A stretch of 54,337 bases of DNA from an uncultured Rhodospirillaceae bacterium (GTDB lineage: Bacteria > Pseudomonadota > Alphaproteobacteria > MPNO01 > UBA830), in contig CAZOHS010000004.1 in the NCBI GenBank assembly GCA_964579285.1, forward strand, positions 1-54,337, written 5' to 3'. A model generated the notes under the pieces. The model worked only from the letters and a program-made list of their open reading frames with translations, ran no database searches and was not told the origin of the DNA. The first letter of the stretch is position 1. Every line of letters starts with the position of its first letter. The translations under genes were made by a program, and so were the position numbers. Shown piece after piece: positions 51,912 to 54,337 of the stretch.

Positions 51912-54221
51912 CTATTTCTTTAACGTGATTGGTCGATCGTAGGCCGTAATCGGTGGTGTCACTGCATTGTACGGTTCTACTTCCACTAAGGCTGATTGGG
52001 CAATACAGCTTTGTCCTAAACGGGATGTACCTTTGTCAATTGTAAGTACGTTAGGGTTTCCATGCTTTTCGAGCGAACCAATCTCGGAGGGTTCGAGCGG
52101 GTCTAACCAGGCACCTGTGGAAAGCCGCAAGACACCACTGCGAATGCGCTCCGTCACTACCGCTCCCGCAAGGCAGGAACCACGCATATTAAATATTCTG
52201 ACGATGGTTCCATCGCTTATGTTTCGCTTTTTGGCGTCTGTTGGGTGAATCCATACCGGTTCTCGACCATTAACCTTGGTTTCTTGGCTAGGGCCCCCAA
52301 AGTCTAACTGGCTATGCATACGACCTAAGGGCTGATTAGACACTAAATGAAGTGGATGTTGGACTGCTTTATCCGACCCTAACCATTCGATTGGTTCCAG
52401 CCATGTAGGATGCCCTGGGCAGTCGTCGTACCCAAATTTATTAATAGTTTGAGAGAAGATCTCGATACGCCCTGAAGGCGTTTTTAGCGGATATTTCGTT
52501 GGGTTGTTCCGAAAATTTTCAAAAATAATTTCTGTAGTATCCGGTGTTTTGAATTCTAAGAAGCCCTTTTTCCAGAACTCGTCGAAATCTGGCATCTCAA
52601 TTTTTTGTTTTCGTCCATTTGTCTGGCTTAACGAATACATGTGGCGCAGCCAATCCATCTCTGTACGACCCTGAGTAAATTCATCATGTACGTCGAGCCG
52701 TTTGGACAGACCCGAAAATATATCAAAATCGCTTTTTGCTTCGCCTACTGGAGCAATTGCTTGCTGCATCGCTATGAAGAAGCGGTCTCGAAGCCCCGCA
52801 CCAATATCGTTTCGTTCAAAAGTTGTTGTCGCCGGCAGTACGATGTCGGCTCGCCGAGCGACTGGTGTCCACCAAGGCTCGTGAACAATTATCGTCTCAG
52901 GTCGGCGCCACGCCTCTATAAAGCGGTTGAGGTCTTGTTGTTTGTGAAAGGGATTACCGCCGGCCCAGTATATAAGTCGAATATCTGGATAGGTTAGTTT
53001 TTGACCATTGAAATCATAACTCGTTCCTGGGTGCAATAGCATGTCGACAACACGGGCGACGGGAATAAATGTATCGACCTTGTTGATACCTTTTGGTAGT
53101 CCGATGCTCGGCCTTTTTGTGGGCGTCGAGCCGATTGTGCTGATTGAACCGTAGCCGATACCTACACCACCACCAGGCAAACCGATCTGCCCCAGGATGG
53201 CGGCGAGTGTAATGGCCATCCAGCATGGTTGCTCGCCGTGATCACAGCGTTGTACTGACCAGCTAATCGAAATCATTGTCCGTGTCGCGGCCATTCGTCG
53301 CGCGAGTTTGCGAAGTACCTGTGGGTCTATACCCGAGATTTTGCCAGCCCACTCTGCGTTTTTTTCCACCCCATCCGTGTTTCCAAGGAGATAGGATTGA
53401 AAGCGGTCAAAACCCTCGCAATACCGTCTTAGGAAGTCTGTATTATGCAGATTCTCAGAGATTAGAACGTGAGCAAGGCCCATCATCAGCGCCGTATCCG
53501 TATTCGGGCGTGGGGTCAGCCATTCGGCTTTTAATTCATCACTAAAATCGTCTTTAATAGGACTAATTTGCACAAAATCTATACCGGCCTTACGTGCTTC
53601 CCTGACATATTCTTGCGTTTCGTGGCGCCCTAGACCATCTTTTGAAACCTGGCTATTTTTCGGTGAAACGCCGCCAAATGCCACCATCAATCGGGTATTT
53701 TTTATTATGTTGGGCCAGCTCGTAGGTCGCATCACGGGATCCATGCCGCCAGTTATATGGGGCACGATCACGGATGCGGCACCAAAAGAGTAATTTGTAA
53801 CTTGGTCTACGAAGCCCCCAATAGTATTGAGGAACCGTTTGAGCTGGGTTTCCGCTGAGTGAAATGTTCCAGCACTACCCCAGCCAGAGGAACCATAAAT
53901 GGATTCATTACCATATTCGGTGCGGACACGATTGAGTTCCTGCGCGACCAAGTCAAGCGCTTCATCCCATGGAACTTGGATAAATGGCTCCAATCCGCGG
54001 TTCGAGCCATCGCTTTTGCAGCCGTTCTGAAGCCAACCCTTTCGGACAACTGGTCGCGCTATACGACATTCATGATGAACGATACCTGGCATAGCCTTAA
54101 TCAGGGGCGACGGTTCAGGGTCATTTTCAAAAGGCGTAACCTTGACTATCTGGTCATTATTTGAGGTTACCCTATAGGTTCCCCAATGAGAGACAGTGAT
54201 GGTTTCCGTTCCGGTTGTCAT
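51912..54221 (-). CDS. Cytoplasmic molybdopterin guanine dinucleotide S-/N-oxide reductase (BisC/TorZ-type)
   Basis: 769-aa ORF. The N-terminus ITVSHWGTYRV...RIARPVVRKGWLQNG parallels E. coli BisC (AAHWGPMLV...RVRFPMVRKGFL). It has no Tat signal and no Fe-S Cys cluster. Confidence 0.85.
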   Translation of the reverse strand: MTTGTETITVSHWGTYRVTSNNDQIVKVTPFENDPEPSPLIKAMPGIVHHECRIARPVVRKGWLQNGCKSDGSNRGLEPFIQVPWDEALDLVAQELNRVRTEYGNESIYGSSGWGSAGTFHSAETQLKRFLNTIGGFVDQVTNYSFGAASVIVPHITGGMDPVMRPTSWPNIIKNTRLMVAFGGVSPKNSQVSKDGLGRHETQEYVREARKAGIDFVQISPIKDDFSDELKAEWLTPRPNTDTALMMGLAHVLISENLHNTDFLRRYCEGFDRFQSYLLGNTDGVEKNAEWAGKISGIDPQVLRKLARRMAATRTMISISWSVQRCDHGEQPCWMAITLAAILGQIGLPGGGVGIGYGSISTIGSTPTKRPSIGLPKGINKVDTFIPVARVVDMLLHPGTSYDFNGQKLTYPDIRLIYWAGGNPFHKQQDLNRFIEAWRRPETIIVHEPWWTPVARRADIVLPATTTFERNDIGAGLRDRFFIAMQQAIAPVGEAKSDFDIFSGLSKRLDVHDEFTQGRTEMDWLRHMYSLSQTNGRKQKIEMPDFDEFWKKGFLEFKTPDTTEIIFENFRNNPTKYPLKTPSGRIEIFSQTINKFGYDDCPGHPTWLEPIEWLGSDKAVQHPLHLVSNQPLGRMHSQLDFGGPSQETKVNGREPVWIHPTDAKKRNISDGTIVRIFNMRGSCLAGAVVTERIRSGVLRLSTGAWLDPLEPSEIGSLEKHGNPNVLTIDKGTSRLGQSCIAQSALVEVEPYNAVTPPITAYDRPITLKK

Positions 54222-54337
54222 AAACGATTCATTTTCAATTGCATTCCTTGGCGGTCCGGCATTTGTGGCTAAGGTTTTTCTTTTCTTGAATAGTATATTT
54301 AGTTTTTTTTCAGAGCCGCCTCTATATCGATTTCTGG

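Noticed and set aside
1-54337. Remaining 60-170-aa six-frame ORFs lying antisense or out of frame within called genes (for example 10811-11323, 16926-17375, 24988-25488, 30434-30889, 38320-38811, 38821-39309, 39742-40224)
   Set aside because: Each is nested in a gene whose own frame carries strong family motifs. None shows a domain signature or a convincing ribosome-binding site. They are treated as spurious.
1-54337. CRISPR arrays, prophage, toxin-antitoxin or known anti-phage defence systems
   Set aside because: No repeat-spacer structure, phage structural or integration genes, nuclease/helicase/ATPase defence modules or small paired TA-like ORFs were seen. The lone GNAT (37516-37977) has no adjacent antitoxin-like partner.

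Overview
This is a 54.3-kb, very gene-dense chromosomal segment with about 50 CDS and one tRNA. The only sizeable non-coding stretches are 4688-4960 and 9090-9539. It reads like a free-living, probably marine alphaproteobacterium-type genome, but that is an inference from protein signatures only. I saw no rRNA, CRISPR, transposase, integrase, phage or recognisable defence genes, and no recognisable transcription factor. Housekeeping genes are mnmA, tRNA-Met(CAU), msrB and ridA. The rest is mostly oxidative catabolic genes in tight, often translationally coupled blocks. (i) An ALDH fragment, a Gfo/Idh/MocA oxidoreductase and a cytoplasmic bis-MGD molybdoenzyme (1-3401). (ii) An NtaA-type LLM monooxygenase and an alpha/beta hydrolase (6606-9089, minus strand). 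(iii) A GMC oxidoreductase, VOC, LLM, ThDP enzyme and TauD/TfdA operon (9964-16652). (iv) An 11-gene, 11.3-kb minus-strand block (18425-29734) with two different Rieske oxygenases, a UbiD decarboxylase, an SCP2 protein, two alpha/beta hydrolases, a crotonase, a quinone oxidoreductase, a glutathione-dependent formaldehyde dehydrogenase and a glutamine-synthetase-like ligase. (v) An aldolase-fold and di-iron MBL-fold pair. (vi) NmrA, GST, pirin and ChrA. (vii) An FMN reductase, xanthine-dehydrogenase-family L-M-S subunits, an acyl-CoA ligase and a crotonase (38118-45398). Its gene order matches the furoyl-CoA (hmfABCDE) pathway, a CoxG domain is fused to the large subunit, and the large-subunit gene appears to start at ATT. 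(viii) A split ThDP decarboxylase (ComDE-like), a DMT transporter and an ALDH. (ix) A BisC-type S/N-oxide reductase. Two TPR-enzyme fusions (GT9-like and 2OG-oxygenase-like) punctuate the region. Blocks iv, iii and vii are the best candidates for undescribed biology. All functional calls come from motif-level reading of the translations; no database search or computation was possible.
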